Assembly (NCBI GenBank): GCA_013696465.1
Contig: JACCYN010000379.1
Span: 1 to 55,342, forward strand
DNA length: 55,342 bases
Direction of reading: 5' to 3'
From: Pyrinomonadaceae bacterium
Lineage (GTDB): Bacteria > Acidobacteriota > Blastocatellia > Pyrinomonadales > Pyrinomonadaceae
In this document: one piece after another, positions 36,772 through 45,848 of the stretch
Position numbering within the stretch: position 1 is the stretch's first letter
Layout of the letters: the number at the start of each line of letters is the position of its first letter
Notes under the pieces: generated by a model
Told to the model about the DNA's origin: nothing
Seen by the model: only the letters and a program-made list of their open reading frames with translations
Database searches by the model: none
Translations under genes and position numbers: made by a program

Positions 36772-38628
36772 TTAATTTACAGGTATCGGTTCTGCCGGGA
36801 CAGTGGCTTGCTTGCCGATGCCCGTTTCGATGGAGTTTGAATTCTCTATTGACGCTCGCCTTGAACGCAGGCGCACCGTCCCAACTCCGATCTGTCCGTC
36901 TTCGCAGGCTTCAACAAGCGCGGCAACTACGATTTCGTCGTAGCGTGTGCCGATGAAAGATTTGATGCGTGCAACAGCGTCCTCCAACTTCATTCCTTTC
37001 TGGTAAGGGCGGTCGGTCGTCATCGCGTCGAAGGTGTCGGCGACGGAGATGATCCGCGCCTGCATCGGTATCTCGTCGCCTTTGAGACCTTGCGGATAAC
37101 CGTCGCCATTCATCATCTCGTGATGCATGTACATGCCCGGCAAAAACTCTTTCATCGCCGGAATGTGCGACATGATCTTGTAGCCTTTCTGCGGGTGCTG
37201 CTTCATGATCTCGAATTCTTCGGGCGTTAAATGGCCGGGCTTCTTCAAGATGTTGTCGTCAACGGCGATCTTGCCGACATCGTGGAGCAAGGCGCTCACA
37301 CGCAGTTTCTCAATTTCATCTCCCGGTAGATTCATTCTTTCGGCGATGGCGATGGAGAAGCGCGCGACGCGCTCGCTGTGACCGCGCGTGTAAGGGTCTT
37401 TGCCGTCAATGGCGGCGGCTAAAGCTTTAACGATGCCTAAAAACAGCTGGCGATTCTCTTCCGCCGCGCCTTGCAAATCTTTGATAAAGCTTTCGAGCTT
37501 ATCGGTCATCGAATTGAACGAACTGCCGAGTTCGCCGATCTCCGTGCGGTCGCGCACGTTGATGCGCTGGGAGAAATCGCCCGCCGCGATGCGGTAGGCC
37601 GCCGCCGCAAGATCGCGCACCGGATTCGTGAGTTGTTTGGCGAAGAGAAAGCCGATCAGCAAAGCGCAACCGGCCGCCAACAAGCTGATCGCAAGCGTTT
37701 GACGGCGCATCTCCGTGACAGAACTTAGGGCGGCGCGTTCGTCTTGCATGGCGACGACGCCGAGCCGGGCGTCTTTGTCGAGTTCGGCGGTCGCGTAGGA
37801 GCCGAGCATCTCGATGTCGCGCCCGTCGCGTTTAATAGAAAACGGCGCGAGCGCGGATTGCACCTGCGCGCCCGCCTCCATCCAATCGCGCACAACTTTC
37901 AAATCCGTCATCGAACGTTCCGAGAAAGCGACGCGCGCATCCGGGTGCGCCACCGCCCGCCCGTCTGCGTCAACGACGAAGATCACGGGCAATCCGGCGT
38001 TAAGCATTTCGAGTTCGCTCTGCGAAGAAGCGGGTTGTTCGACGGCGCGCGCCACGTCACTGAAAGAAATGATCCCGGCGACCGCCGCGACCACTTCGTT
38101 TCCGCCCTCGCCGCCCATCACGGGCGCGGCCACCGTCAAACTCATTTCCTGACTCGACCGGATCAAACGCGGACGCCCGACTTTGAGGCCGCTCCCCGAC
38201 ATGCTCGCCAACACATCGCCCACGCGCTCATTGGTTTCGTCGCGCCCAATCACGTCCGGCTTGTAAGCTACATGCGGTTCGCCGCCGACGGGAATGATCG
38301 CCAGCGCGAACAAATTCGGATCGTCGCCCAACATACGTTGCAGACGTCCGTCGCTTCCCTGTTCGCTCATCACGCGCACGCCGCCCGCGAGTTCAAAGGC
38401 GCGCGCGAGTCCTGCCACTACGTCGCGGTAACGCTGCCCGTAAAGCTCGATCTGCCGCGCTTTGTCGGCGACAAACTGCGCTTGATAACGCCCCTCGATT
38501 GAGCGCAGTTCATCGGCACTACGCCTCGAAAGCATCCACCCGGCGAGACCGACGGGCAGCAAGCCCACGACAAGCAGCATTCCGAGTACGATGTAGAGCA
38601 GACGAATGCGCTTAAAGGATTCAGGCAT
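36772..38628 (-). CDS. HD-GYP domain c-di-GMP phosphodiesterase with periplasmic sensor and HAMP domain
   Basis: It has an N-terminal TM helix, a periplasmic region of about 280 aa, a second TM helix, HAMP (NPVRDLAAAAYRIAAGDF), and HD-GYP (HSERVA...LLHDVGK...HHEMMNGDGYPQGL). Confidence 0.85.
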   Translation of the reverse strand: MPESFKRIRLLYIVLGMLLVVGLLPVGLAGWMLSRRSADELRSIEGRYQAQFVADKARQIELYGQRYRDVVAGLARAFELAGGVRVMSEQGSDGRLQRMLGDDPNLFALAIIPVGGEPHVAYKPDVIGRDETNERVGDVLASMSGSGLKVGRPRLIRSSQEMSLTVAAPVMGGEGGNEVVAAVAGIISFSDVARAVEQPASSQSELEMLNAGLPVIFVVDADGRAVAHPDARVAFSERSMTDLKVVRDWMEAGAQVQSALAPFSIKRDGRDIEMLGSYATAELDKDARLGVVAMQDERAALSSVTEMRRQTLAISLLAAGCALLIGFLFAKQLTNPVRDLAAAAYRIAAGDFSQRINVRDRTEIGELGSSFNSMTDKLESFIKDLQGAAEENRQLFLGIVKALAAAIDGKDPYTRGHSERVARFSIAIAERMNLPGDEIEKLRVSALLHDVGKIAVDDNILKKPGHLTPEEFEIMKQHPQKGYKIMSHIPAMKEFLPGMYMHHEMMNGDGYPQGLKGDEIPMQARIISVADTFDAMTTDRPYQKGMKLEDAVARIKSFIGTRYDEIVVAALVEACEDGQIGVGTVRLRSRRASIENSNSIETGIGKQATVPAEPIPVN

Positions 38629-38921
38629 GAGGAAAAAAGGCGAGTGACGTGGAGCGCAAATTTGTGTTAGCTAGGACGATTGACACGCTTACCTAACGCG
38701 AAGTCAAAATAATTTTATGCTTTCGCGGCGATTCTTGTCAACATTGTTTAACTTTTGTTCTGAATGAGTTTTTGGCGTTGGAAAAAGCTATTTACGGGAT
38801 TTACATGCCAATAGCTGATTAAAGATTTTCGTGCGATACTTTTTCCGACTGTAGTATTGCCTCAAGCGTCTAAATTGTTGTGTGAGCGCTGACGCTTTGA
38901 TTTGTTGGTGAATTTCGAGCG

Positions 38922-39509
38922 ATGAGCATGGTGATGACTGATGAGCAGATCGTTGCGCGGGCGCAGGCTGGCGACCGCGAGGCATTCGGCGAAATTGTCA
39001 GACGCTGGCAGCGGCGCATCTTTGCGCTTGCCTACGGGATGCTCGGAAGCGCGGAAGAAGCGAACGACGTGGCGCAGGAAACATTCTTTTCCGCTTACCG
39101 GAATTTGCAAAGTTTTCGCGGCGAAGCCAAAGTTTCATCGTGGCTGCACCGCATCGCCGTCAACCAATGCATCACGCGGCAAAGGCGGCAGAAAGTTCGC
39201 CGCGAATCTCCGCTCGACGCCGAAACGGTTTTGGGCGAAACGCAAATTGCGTCGGTGACCCACGCAGAATCGCCCGCGCGCCATGCGGAAGGCAGAGCGT
39301 GCGCCAAAGACGTTCGGCAGGCCGTCGGTTCTTTGCCACCTGAGTTACGGCAGATCGTGTTGATGAAAGAATTTGAAGAGATGACGTTTCAAGAGATCGC
39401 CGACGCCCTTGAGCTGCCTTTGAGCACCGTTAAGACGCGGCTCTACACCGCGCTCAAACAACTGCGCATGAAGCTTGAGAAACACGCAGCCACCGAAACC
39501 GTGGAATGA
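38922..39509 (+). CDS. ECF-type RNA polymerase sigma factor
   Basis: It has region 2 (FGEIVRRWQRRIFALAYGML...DVAQETF, WLHRIAVN) and region 4 (MTFQEIADALELPLSTVKTRL). Alternative ATGs lie at 38928 and 38934. Confidence 0.85.
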   Translation: MSMVMTDEQIVARAQAGDREAFGEIVRRWQRRIFALAYGMLGSAEEANDVAQETFFSAYRNLQSFRGEAKVSSWLHRIAVNQCITRQRRQKVRRESPLDAETVLGETQIASVTHAESPARHAEGRACAKDVRQAVGSLPPELRQIVLMKEFEEMTFQEIADALELPLSTVKTRLYTALKQLRMKLEKHAATETVE

Positions 39510-39535
39510 TCGAGTGAGTTTTGAGGATAGGAATT

Positions 39536-40306
39536 ATGAACCACAGTATGAACACACCGCGCGACTGCGAACGCAGCGAAGACTTGCTCGCTTATCTTTA
39601 CAGGGAAGCGACGGCAAGCGAGCGAAAGAGTTTCGAGCAACACTTAACTCAGTGCTCCGCGTGTCGTGAAGAGCACGTGGCTTTCGGCGGCGTGCGCGAA
39701 GCCTTCGCGGGTTGGCGCGATGAGTCTTTCCGCGAAGCCGCGTCGTTTTATCCTTTCACGGAGAAGCAAAGAATTGAGAAGCGTTCGGCACTCGTGGCGG
39801 TGCGCGAGTTTTTCCGGCTCGCGCCAGTCTGGTTGCAAGCGAGCGGAGCAATCGCCGCGCTCGTCGTCTGCGCGCTTGCCGCTTCCGCGCTCGTCAACGC
39901 GGACGCTCGCCGGGAACAAAACAGAATCGCTTTCAGCACGAGTTCGCGCGAACCGCAGCGCGACGCCGCGCCGACAGTTGACGCGCCGTCGCAGAAACAT
40001 TACACACAGCAGGAAGTTGACGAGCTGATCGCCGACCGCGTGCAGCGCGGAATTGAGACTTACAGAGAGCAAGCAGCGCGCGGGTCAGCAACGACGATTG
40101 TTGCGAAAGACGCTGATCGCAAATCTTCCGCGCCTGACTCTGCAGCGTCTTCCGTTTCAACCGACGCAAAAGAAAACGGCGCGCGCCGTCGCAGTCGCAC
40201 TACCACAACGCCAGTTGGCGCGCGTGAGCGTCAAACGACTGTCGCACGTCGCAGCAACGACGACGGAGTTCCGCGCCTCTCCGATCTGCTTGATGTTGTG
40301 AATTGA
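39536..40306 (+). CDS. anti-sigma factor (zf-HC2) with one TM helix
   Basis: Contains HLTQCSACREEH (H-x3-C-x2-C) and a central TM helix (GAIAALVVCALAASALV). It lies directly downstream of the ECF sigma gene. GAGGA is found 8 nt before the ATG. Confidence 0.7.
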   Translation: MNHSMNTPRDCERSEDLLAYLYREATASERKSFEQHLTQCSACREEHVAFGGVREAFAGWRDESFREAASFYPFTEKQRIEKRSALVAVREFFRLAPVWLQASGAIAALVVCALAASALVNADARREQNRIAFSTSSREPQRDAAPTVDAPSQKHYTQQEVDELIADRVQRGIETYREQAARGSATTIVAKDADRKSSAPDSAASSVSTDAKENGARRRSRTTTTPVGARERQTTVARRSNDDGVPRLSDLLDVVN

Positions 40307-40332
40307 CGACACTGAATGGAAGTGTCTTTGAG

Positions 40333-40875
40333 ATGAAAGAACCGATGAACAACTTTGCTGTTAAATTCACCTCTTTCCTTTTCTCGTTAATCTTTATCGC
40401 TGCGGCGACTTTCGCCGCGCCGGGGCAAGAATCACAAGAGAGCGCCGCCGCCGCGCCCGCGCGAGGCAACGCGCCGCTTCTTCGCCTCCTAAATTTAACT
40501 CCTGATCAACTCGCGCAGATTCGCCGCATCCGCCAAGAAAATCAAGGCGAGTTGCGCCTCTCCTTACAGCGCCTGCGCCAAGCTCAACGCGCGCTGGATG
40601 AAGCGATCTATTCGGAAACGGCCGACGAGTCGGTGATCGAAGAACGCGCGCGGCAATTGTCCGAAGCCCAAGCCGCTCACACGCGCCTGCGTGCGCTTAC
40701 GGAATTGCGCGTGCGCCGCGTTCTTAACGCGCAGCAGTTGAAGGTCTTTCGCAACTTGCAGATGCAACGCCGCGAACACAACCGCGCGCAAAGGCGTAAC
40801 CTCAATTCTTCGCCTCTGCGCCGCAGATTAACTTCCCCGACTCGCCCCGCTCCCTCCGCGCCTCCCGACCGTTAA
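40333..40875 (+). CDS. periplasmic LTXXQ-motif (Spy/CpxP-like) protein
   Basis: It has a signal peptide (FTSFLFSLIFIAAATFAAP), LNLTPDQLAQIRRI (LTXXQ), and a predicted helical, Arg/Gln-rich body. Confidence 0.6.
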   Translation: MKEPMNNFAVKFTSFLFSLIFIAAATFAAPGQESQESAAAAPARGNAPLLRLLNLTPDQLAQIRRIRQENQGELRLSLQRLRQAQRALDEAIYSETADESVIEERARQLSEAQAAHTRLRALTELRVRRVLNAQQLKVFRNLQMQRREHNRAQRRNLNSSPLRRRLTSPTRPAPSAPPDR

Positions 40876-41101
40876 GCCTTTTGCCGCTTGACGCGCTCAC
40901 GTCTTTTTGCGCATCATAACCTTCGTGTTAGTTAATGTTGCCAATGGATAAGCGATCTCGCTCGCTTCAGTCGCAGCGTTTTCTGACATCTGTGTTATTG
41001 CTGTCTTCTGTTTTCCTAATTTAAGAGCATCGAGGTGTGCGCGGCGCAAGCGACTTTGGTTTCAAGCGACCTACGCGCCGTTCGCCCTTACCGCAAACTT
41101 C

Positions 41102-41869
41102 ATGAATATCGCCACGCGCCTTCTCATCGAAATACAGGAAACAACTTTGCTCGCGGCGCGCGCCCTCAGAGGGATTTTCAAACGCCCGACGTACATCAAC
41201 GAAACAATCGCGCAGATGGACGTGATCGGCGTCGGCTCGCTGACGATCATCATGCTCACGGGTTTCTTCACGGGCGGAGTTTTAACGCTGCAAACTTATC
41301 CGACACTGAAATACTACGGCGCGCAGGATCAAACCGGCTATCTCGTCGCGCTCTCGCTCGTGCGTGAATTGGGGCCGGTGCTGTCGGCACTAATGGTGAC
41401 GGGTCGCGTCGGCTCCGCTATCTCAGCAGAACTCGGCTCGATGGTCGTTTCGCAGCAGATTGATGCGATGCGCTCGCTCGGCACCGACCCCGACCGCAAA
41501 CTCGTCATGCCGCGCGTCATCGCTCTCGTCCTCATGTTGCCGCTCTTGACGGTCGTAGCCGATGTGGTCGGCATCTGCGGCGGCTGGACGGTGGCGACGA
41601 CGCTTTACGGCATGGCTCCCGGCATGTTTTTCTCATCCGTGCGGCAAGGCATCACGGCCAACGACATTTTCGGCGGCATCATCAAGCCGCTCGTCTTCGG
41701 GTTGCTGATCGCGGCGGTCGCGTGTCGGCAGGGTTTAAAGACTGAAGGCGGCACGGTCGGTGTCGGGCGTTCGACCACCACGGCCGTCGTGACGGCTTCC
41801 ATCGTCGTCATCATCACCGACTTTTTTCTTGCCAAAGCCCTACAGGTTCTCCTAGACATGCCGACCTAA
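41102..41869 (+). CDS. mlaE: Mla-type ABC transporter permease
   Basis: 255-aa polytopic protein. Contains VRELGPVLSALMVTGRVGSAISAELGSM and IDAMRSLG, typical of MlaE. Confidence 0.85.
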   Translation: MNIATRLLIEIQETTLLAARALRGIFKRPTYINETIAQMDVIGVGSLTIIMLTGFFTGGVLTLQTYPTLKYYGAQDQTGYLVALSLVRELGPVLSALMVTGRVGSAISAELGSMVVSQQIDAMRSLGTDPDRKLVMPRVIALVLMLPLLTVVADVVGICGGWTVATTLYGMAPGMFFSSVRQGITANDIFGGIIKPLVFGLLIAAVACRQGLKTEGGTVGVGRSTTTAVVTASIVVIITDFFLAKALQVLLDMPT

Positions 41870-41888
41870 ATGCCTCTAAAATTTCATT

Positions 41889-42809
41889 ATGGCTTCTGCT
41901 GAAGTTGAAACTCCACAACCTGCGCTGCATACGAACCCCAATGGCGGCGGCATCAGCGAAGAAGCGGCCGAATCCACTTTTCAAGAGGTGGACGATTCCG
42001 ACCGCATCGTGCCCGCGATTGAATTCCGCGACGTGCACCTTGGCTTCGACGACCGCAAAGTTCTGAACGGCTTGAGCTTTAAGGTCATGAAGGGCGAGAC
42101 GAAGATCATTCTCGGCGGTTCTGGCTGCGGCAAATCCACGACGATCAAACTCGTGCTCGGACTACTTAAACCCGATAGCGGGCAGATTCTCGTTGACGGC
42201 GAAGACATCACGAATCACACGGAAGTCGAGATGATGAAGGTGCGCAAAAACATCGGCATGATCTTTCAGGAAGGTGCGCTCTTCGATTCACTTTCCGTTT
42301 ACGATAATGTCGCGTATCGCCTTCATGAACAGGGCGTTCCCGAAGCGGAAGTTGAAGAGGAAGTGCGTCGCATGTTGCGCTTCGTCAACCTCGAAGACGC
42401 TATTGATAAAATGCCGATAGAACTTTCGGGCGGTATGCGCCGTCGCGTCGGCATCGCCCGCGCCCTCGTTGGTGGCCCCGGCGTCGTCATGTTTGACGAA
42501 CCGACGGCCGGACTCGATCCGCCCACCGCACGCACCATCTGCGAACTTGCGATCAAGTTGCGCGACCTCGAAGATGCTTCCTCCATCTTCGTTACGCATG
42601 AGATGAACAACCTTGATTATCTCACGTCGGAATACGCCGTCGTTGACGACACCGGCGAGATCATCTACGAGAAGGAAGGCGAGCGCTTGTGCTTAACTAA
42701 CACCAAGATTCTGATGATGCGCGATGGTCAGGTGATCTTTAGCGGCACCGATGAAGAACTGCGGAAATCCAGCGACACATACATCAACAAGTTTATACGA
42801 GGATACTAA
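41889..42809 (+). CDS. mlaF: Mla-type ABC transporter ATP-binding protein
   Basis: Contains Walker [10 protein letters not shown], the signature LSGGMRRR, and Walker [13 protein letters not shown]. It has an N-terminal extension of about 45 aa. Confidence 0.85.
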   Translation: MASAEVETPQPALHTNPNGGGISEEAAESTFQEVDDSDRIVPAIEFRDVHLGFDDRKVLNGLSFKVMKGETKIILGGSGCGKSTTIKLVLGLLKPDSGQILVDGEDITNHTEVEMMKVRKNIGMIFQEGALFDSLSVYDNVAYRLHEQGVPEAEVEEEVRRMLRFVNLEDAIDKMPIELSGGMRRRVGIARALVGGPGVVMFDEPTAGLDPPTARTICELAIKLRDLEDASSIFVTHEMNNLDYLTSEYAVVDDTGEIIYEKEGERLCLTNTKILMMRDGQVIFSGTDEELRKSSDTYINKFIRGY

Positions 42810-42817
42810 ATGAAAGG

Positions 42818-42937
42818 AGGAAGTAGGAAAGCGGAAGGATGAAGTGAGGGCAAAGCTACGAGCTTTGACTTAAAGATAATCTAATGATCCACTCTGAAGG
42901 ACTGTCCGCACTTCCGCCTTCAGCCTTCCTACTTCCT
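42818..42937. repeat. long purine-rich inverted repeat in the mlaF-mlaD spacer
   Basis: Two 29-nt arms (42818..42846 and 42909..42937) are complementary at 25 of 29 positions. An internal 7-bp hairpin CAAAGCT-acg-AGCTTTG lies at 42851..42867. Confidence 0.65.
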
Positions 42938-42948
42938 ACTTTGCTTAT

Positions 42949-44094
42949 ATGCCCCCAGCAAAAAAGACTGTCGGAATGAAGGAAATTCGCGTCGGGCTGT
43001 TTATCGTGATCGGCCTCGCCGTGCTGATTCTTTTGATCCTTAATGCCTCCGGCGATATTTCCCCGTTTTCAAGCAAGCTGAACTTACGCGCGAGGTTCGC
43101 CAACGCCGACGGACTCCGCTCCGGCGCAGAAGTGCGTCTGGCGGGCGTGCGCATCGGCACAGTTGACGCCGTGCGGCTTCTGCCTCCTTCCGAAGAGCCA
43201 AACGCTCCGAAGATCGAAGCGGTGCTTGCCGTTGACAGCCAGATTGACGGACGCCCCGCGACCGACCGCATCCGCACCGATTCGACCGCGCAACTCGGCT
43301 CGCCCAGCATTCTCGGCAGCGACAAATTGATTAACATTACGCCCGGCACCGCGCTCGGCAACCCAGTCGCGGCTAACAGTGAGTTGCGTACTTCGACCGG
43401 CAGCACGATTGCCGACCTCACTTCGTCCGGCAAAGATTTGACGGACCGATTAAATAGCCTGACCGAACGCTTCACCCAGATCACGCGCAAGATCAACGAA
43501 GGGCAAGGCACTTTGGGTCGTTTCGTTAACGACGAAGCTTTTTACAACAACCTCAATGCTACCGTCCGCGAATCGCAAGAAGTGATCAGATTGATCAGAA
43601 CCGGGCAGGGTTCGGCCGGACGCTTCCTCAACGACCCGACGCTCTACAACAACGTCACAGACATCAGCGAACAACTGCAAGCAGTCGCTACCGACCTCAG
43701 ACGCGGGCGCGGCACGGCCGGGAAACTCTTAACCGACGAAGCGCTCTACAACGAAACGCGCACCACCATCACGCGCCTCAACAGCTCGATTGACGAGATC
43801 AACACCATCGTCGCCGACGTGCGGGCGGGGCGCGGCACGGCCGGGAAACTCCTCACGGACGAAGCCCTTTATAACGATACCCGCGCCGCCGTCGCGCGCT
43901 TCAACACCACGACCGAACGCATTGACGCGATTGTTGCCGGAGCGCAACGCGGCGAAGGCACGGTCGGCAAACTCCTCACCGAAGAGCAGCTTTACAACAA
44001 CGTCAATCAACTTTCGGGCGAATCCGTCAAACTGCTTTACGACTTCCGGCAGAATCCGCGAAAATATCTGACGATCAAATTCGAGCTGTTCTAA
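42949..44094 (+). CDS. mlaD: MlaD/MCE family protein with C-terminal repeat array
   Basis: It has an N-terminal TM helix and an MCE domain (LRSGAEVRLAGVRIGTV), followed by five GxGTxGK/R-L/F-x-x-D/E-x-x-L/F-YN repeats. Confidence 0.8.
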   Translation: MPPAKKTVGMKEIRVGLFIVIGLAVLILLILNASGDISPFSSKLNLRARFANADGLRSGAEVRLAGVRIGTVDAVRLLPPSEEPNAPKIEAVLAVDSQIDGRPATDRIRTDSTAQLGSPSILGSDKLINITPGTALGNPVAANSELRTSTGSTIADLTSSGKDLTDRLNSLTERFTQITRKINEGQGTLGRFVNDEAFYNNLNATVRESQEVIRLIRTGQGSAGRFLNDPTLYNNVTDISEQLQAVATDLRRGRGTAGKLLTDEALYNETRTTITRLNSSIDEINTIVADVRAGRGTAGKLLTDEALYNDTRAAVARFNTTTERIDAIVAGAQRGEGTVGKLLTEEQLYNNVNQLSGESVKLLYDFRQNPRKYLTIKFELF

Positions 44095-44112
44095 AAATAC
44101 TTTAGCGAATTC

Positions 44113-44694
44113 TTAGGACGGTCGCGTACGGTCGCGGTCTTCTTCAAGCAGTCTCGTGGTGCTCTCAGTCACGCTTGGCGGTTGCATCATCTCGGCGGTT
44201 CTCATCTGCGGGCGCAAGTAGTCAGCAATCGGTGTGCTGTGCGATGGCGGAAGTTGAGCAGCGTGCGGCGCGCTCGCTCGAAGAGAAATTTGCTCGGCGG
44301 TAGCAAAACTCGGCTCCTTAACTGTTTTCAATTTGCGCGGCGCTCCTTCCTCGTAGATTCGCGCATAAAGTATGCGCAAGATGCCGCCTAAAAAGAGGAT
44401 GATCGAAGCGAGCGGAATAAGGAGAGCCGGAAATCCGAATGGAACATCAGGCGGCTGCTCGAAAAGAATGGCAAGGATCGGCACTAAGATCGCGCCGATA
44501 AACAACATTAACACACCCTGCCGCACTCCTTCGTAGCGCGGTGAGCGTCGCGGTTTGCCTGTCTCAATCGTTTCCTGCGGAAGCGTTCCGCCGCGCGCGA
44601 TTAATTCGGCGACCCCGCCAAGCGCGAAACCGCACCGCGAACAGAATCGCACCTCATCGGAAATTTGTTGCTGTCCGCAATGTGGGCAGAACAT
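44113..44694 (-). CDS. zinc-ribbon membrane protein (2 TM) with C-terminal SVTESTTRLLE box
   Basis: It starts MFCPHCG...FCSRCG and has two hydrophobic helices. It is a paralogue of 1007..1504. Confidence 0.65.
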   Translation of the reverse strand: MFCPHCGQQQISDEVRFCSRCGFALGGVAELIARGGTLPQETIETGKPRRSPRYEGVRQGVLMLFIGAILVPILAILFEQPPDVPFGFPALLIPLASIILFLGGILRILYARIYEEGAPRKLKTVKEPSFATAEQISLRASAPHAAQLPPSHSTPIADYLRPQMRTAEMMQPPSVTESTTRLLEEDRDRTRPS

Positions 44695-44828
44695 AAACTT
44701 GGCAATCCTTCAAACGGTGCTTTTCACTTTGAAGCAGCTAGCGACCGTAAAATAGCAACGACGCGCGTCGCTTCTGTCCATACGAAGAAAGCAGCCGGAA
44801 AATTCGACCGCCCAAAGGGTAAAATCCA

Positions 44829-45368
44829 TCAGATGCGAGGCGGCGCTTGTTCGGAAAACAACTTAAAGGTTGCGAACGCTTGCCCTTGATGATGCGCGGC
44901 GCGCCATAGCGTCTCCATTAAGAGCGCGTCCAAAGTTTTCACATCGCCCGAAGGAAGGGCGACATCTTTGGCGAGCACCTCATCATTTTTAATAAGAGCA
45001 AAGCCGTTCCGCCGCGTCGCTTCCACCTCGTTTAAGTATTCGATCACGCGCTGTAGAGTCGAGAGTTCTTCAGGTAGCGTCCACTCGAAGGGGTCATCCC
45101 AGAGATTGGCGGTGATGCCACCGAAAGTTTGCTCGACGACCGCCGCGGCGCGCAAAATGTTTTCGCCACACGAAGGTAGTCCGTCGTGCCCGCCCGCAAC
45201 GCGACGTGGAAACGCATCTTCCACCGCGCGACGTGGGCGAACATAAAGATGCTCAATTGAGATTAGTGCGATTAGCTTGCAGGAGTCTTCATGAAGGCGC
45301 GCAAAGCTTTCGTCAAAGCATTGAACAATTGATCGCTCATTCGCAGATGCGCTTTGCTTTCCCGGCAT
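44829..45368 (-). CDS. DinB-like helical-bundle protein (tentative)
   Basis: About 180 aa and predicted helical. The C-terminal LLMETLWRAAHHQGQA resembles the last DinB helix. The ATG overlaps the upstream stop. This is a weak assignment. Confidence 0.4.
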   Translation of the reverse strand: MPGKQSASANERSIVQCFDESFARLHEDSCKLIALISIEHLYVRPRRAVEDAFPRRVAGGHDGLPSCGENILRAAAVVEQTFGGITANLWDDPFEWTLPEELSTLQRVIEYLNEVEATRRNGFALIKNDEVLAKDVALPSGDVKTLDALLMETLWRAAHHQGQAFATFKLFSEQAPPRI

Positions 45369-45712
45369 CACCGCGTGCGCCTGTCCTGTTCTTCTAACAC
45401 CGTTCCGAAACTTCTTCCCTGAAAGCTAAACCCCGTGTAGACGCGCCCCTTCGCGCCGACGCGAGAGCCGCGCGCGGGCACGCCGCGTCGCGTGACGATC
45501 CAGAGCGTTCCCGTGCCGTCATCAATTTGGTAAGCGCCCGTGTCAAGCACGCCGTAGCTGTCCGTAACGCGCCCGGCCACCGCCACGTCTCTGTTTCGGT
45601 AGCGACCCGGATCGGCGTTGATCTTTTCGACGCTCGTCCGATTCGGGCAAGCCGTCGAAAAGATCGCTAAAGCGAGAACAAGCAGAACAAGGAATTTGCG
45701 GTTCGTAAACAT
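45368..45712 (-). CDS. small lipoprotein with OB-fold-like body
   Basis: It has a signal peptide and lipobox (LALAIFSTAC), followed by VAVAGRVTDSYGV...YQIDDGTGTLWIV...GSRVGAKGRV, an OB-like pattern. An AAGGAG RBS precedes the start. Confidence 0.5.
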   Translation of the reverse strand: MFTNRKFLVLLVLALAIFSTACPNRTSVEKINADPGRYRNRDVAVAGRVTDSYGVLDTGAYQIDDGTGTLWIVTRRGVPARGSRVGAKGRVYTGFSFQGRSFGTVLEEQDRRTR

Positions 45713-45743
45713 AGCTTCTCCTTTATCGTTTGAAACACAATGC

Positions 45744-45848
45744 GGGAGAGGAGAAAACGAAGGATGAAGAACGGGAGACAGGAGTCAGGAGACAGACTAA
45801 GAAGTATTTTCATTCTGACTTCTGTCTTCTGGCTCCTGACATCTTTCC
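45744..45848. repeat. purine-rich imperfect palindrome (ALDH 3' spacer), related to 48631..48690
   Basis: GTCAGGAG (45784..45791) pairs with CTCCTGAC (45833..45840). A 34-nt segment (45784..45817) is 27/34 identical to 48643..48676. GAAGGATGAAG (45759..45769) is also found at 42834..42844. Confidence 0.6.
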
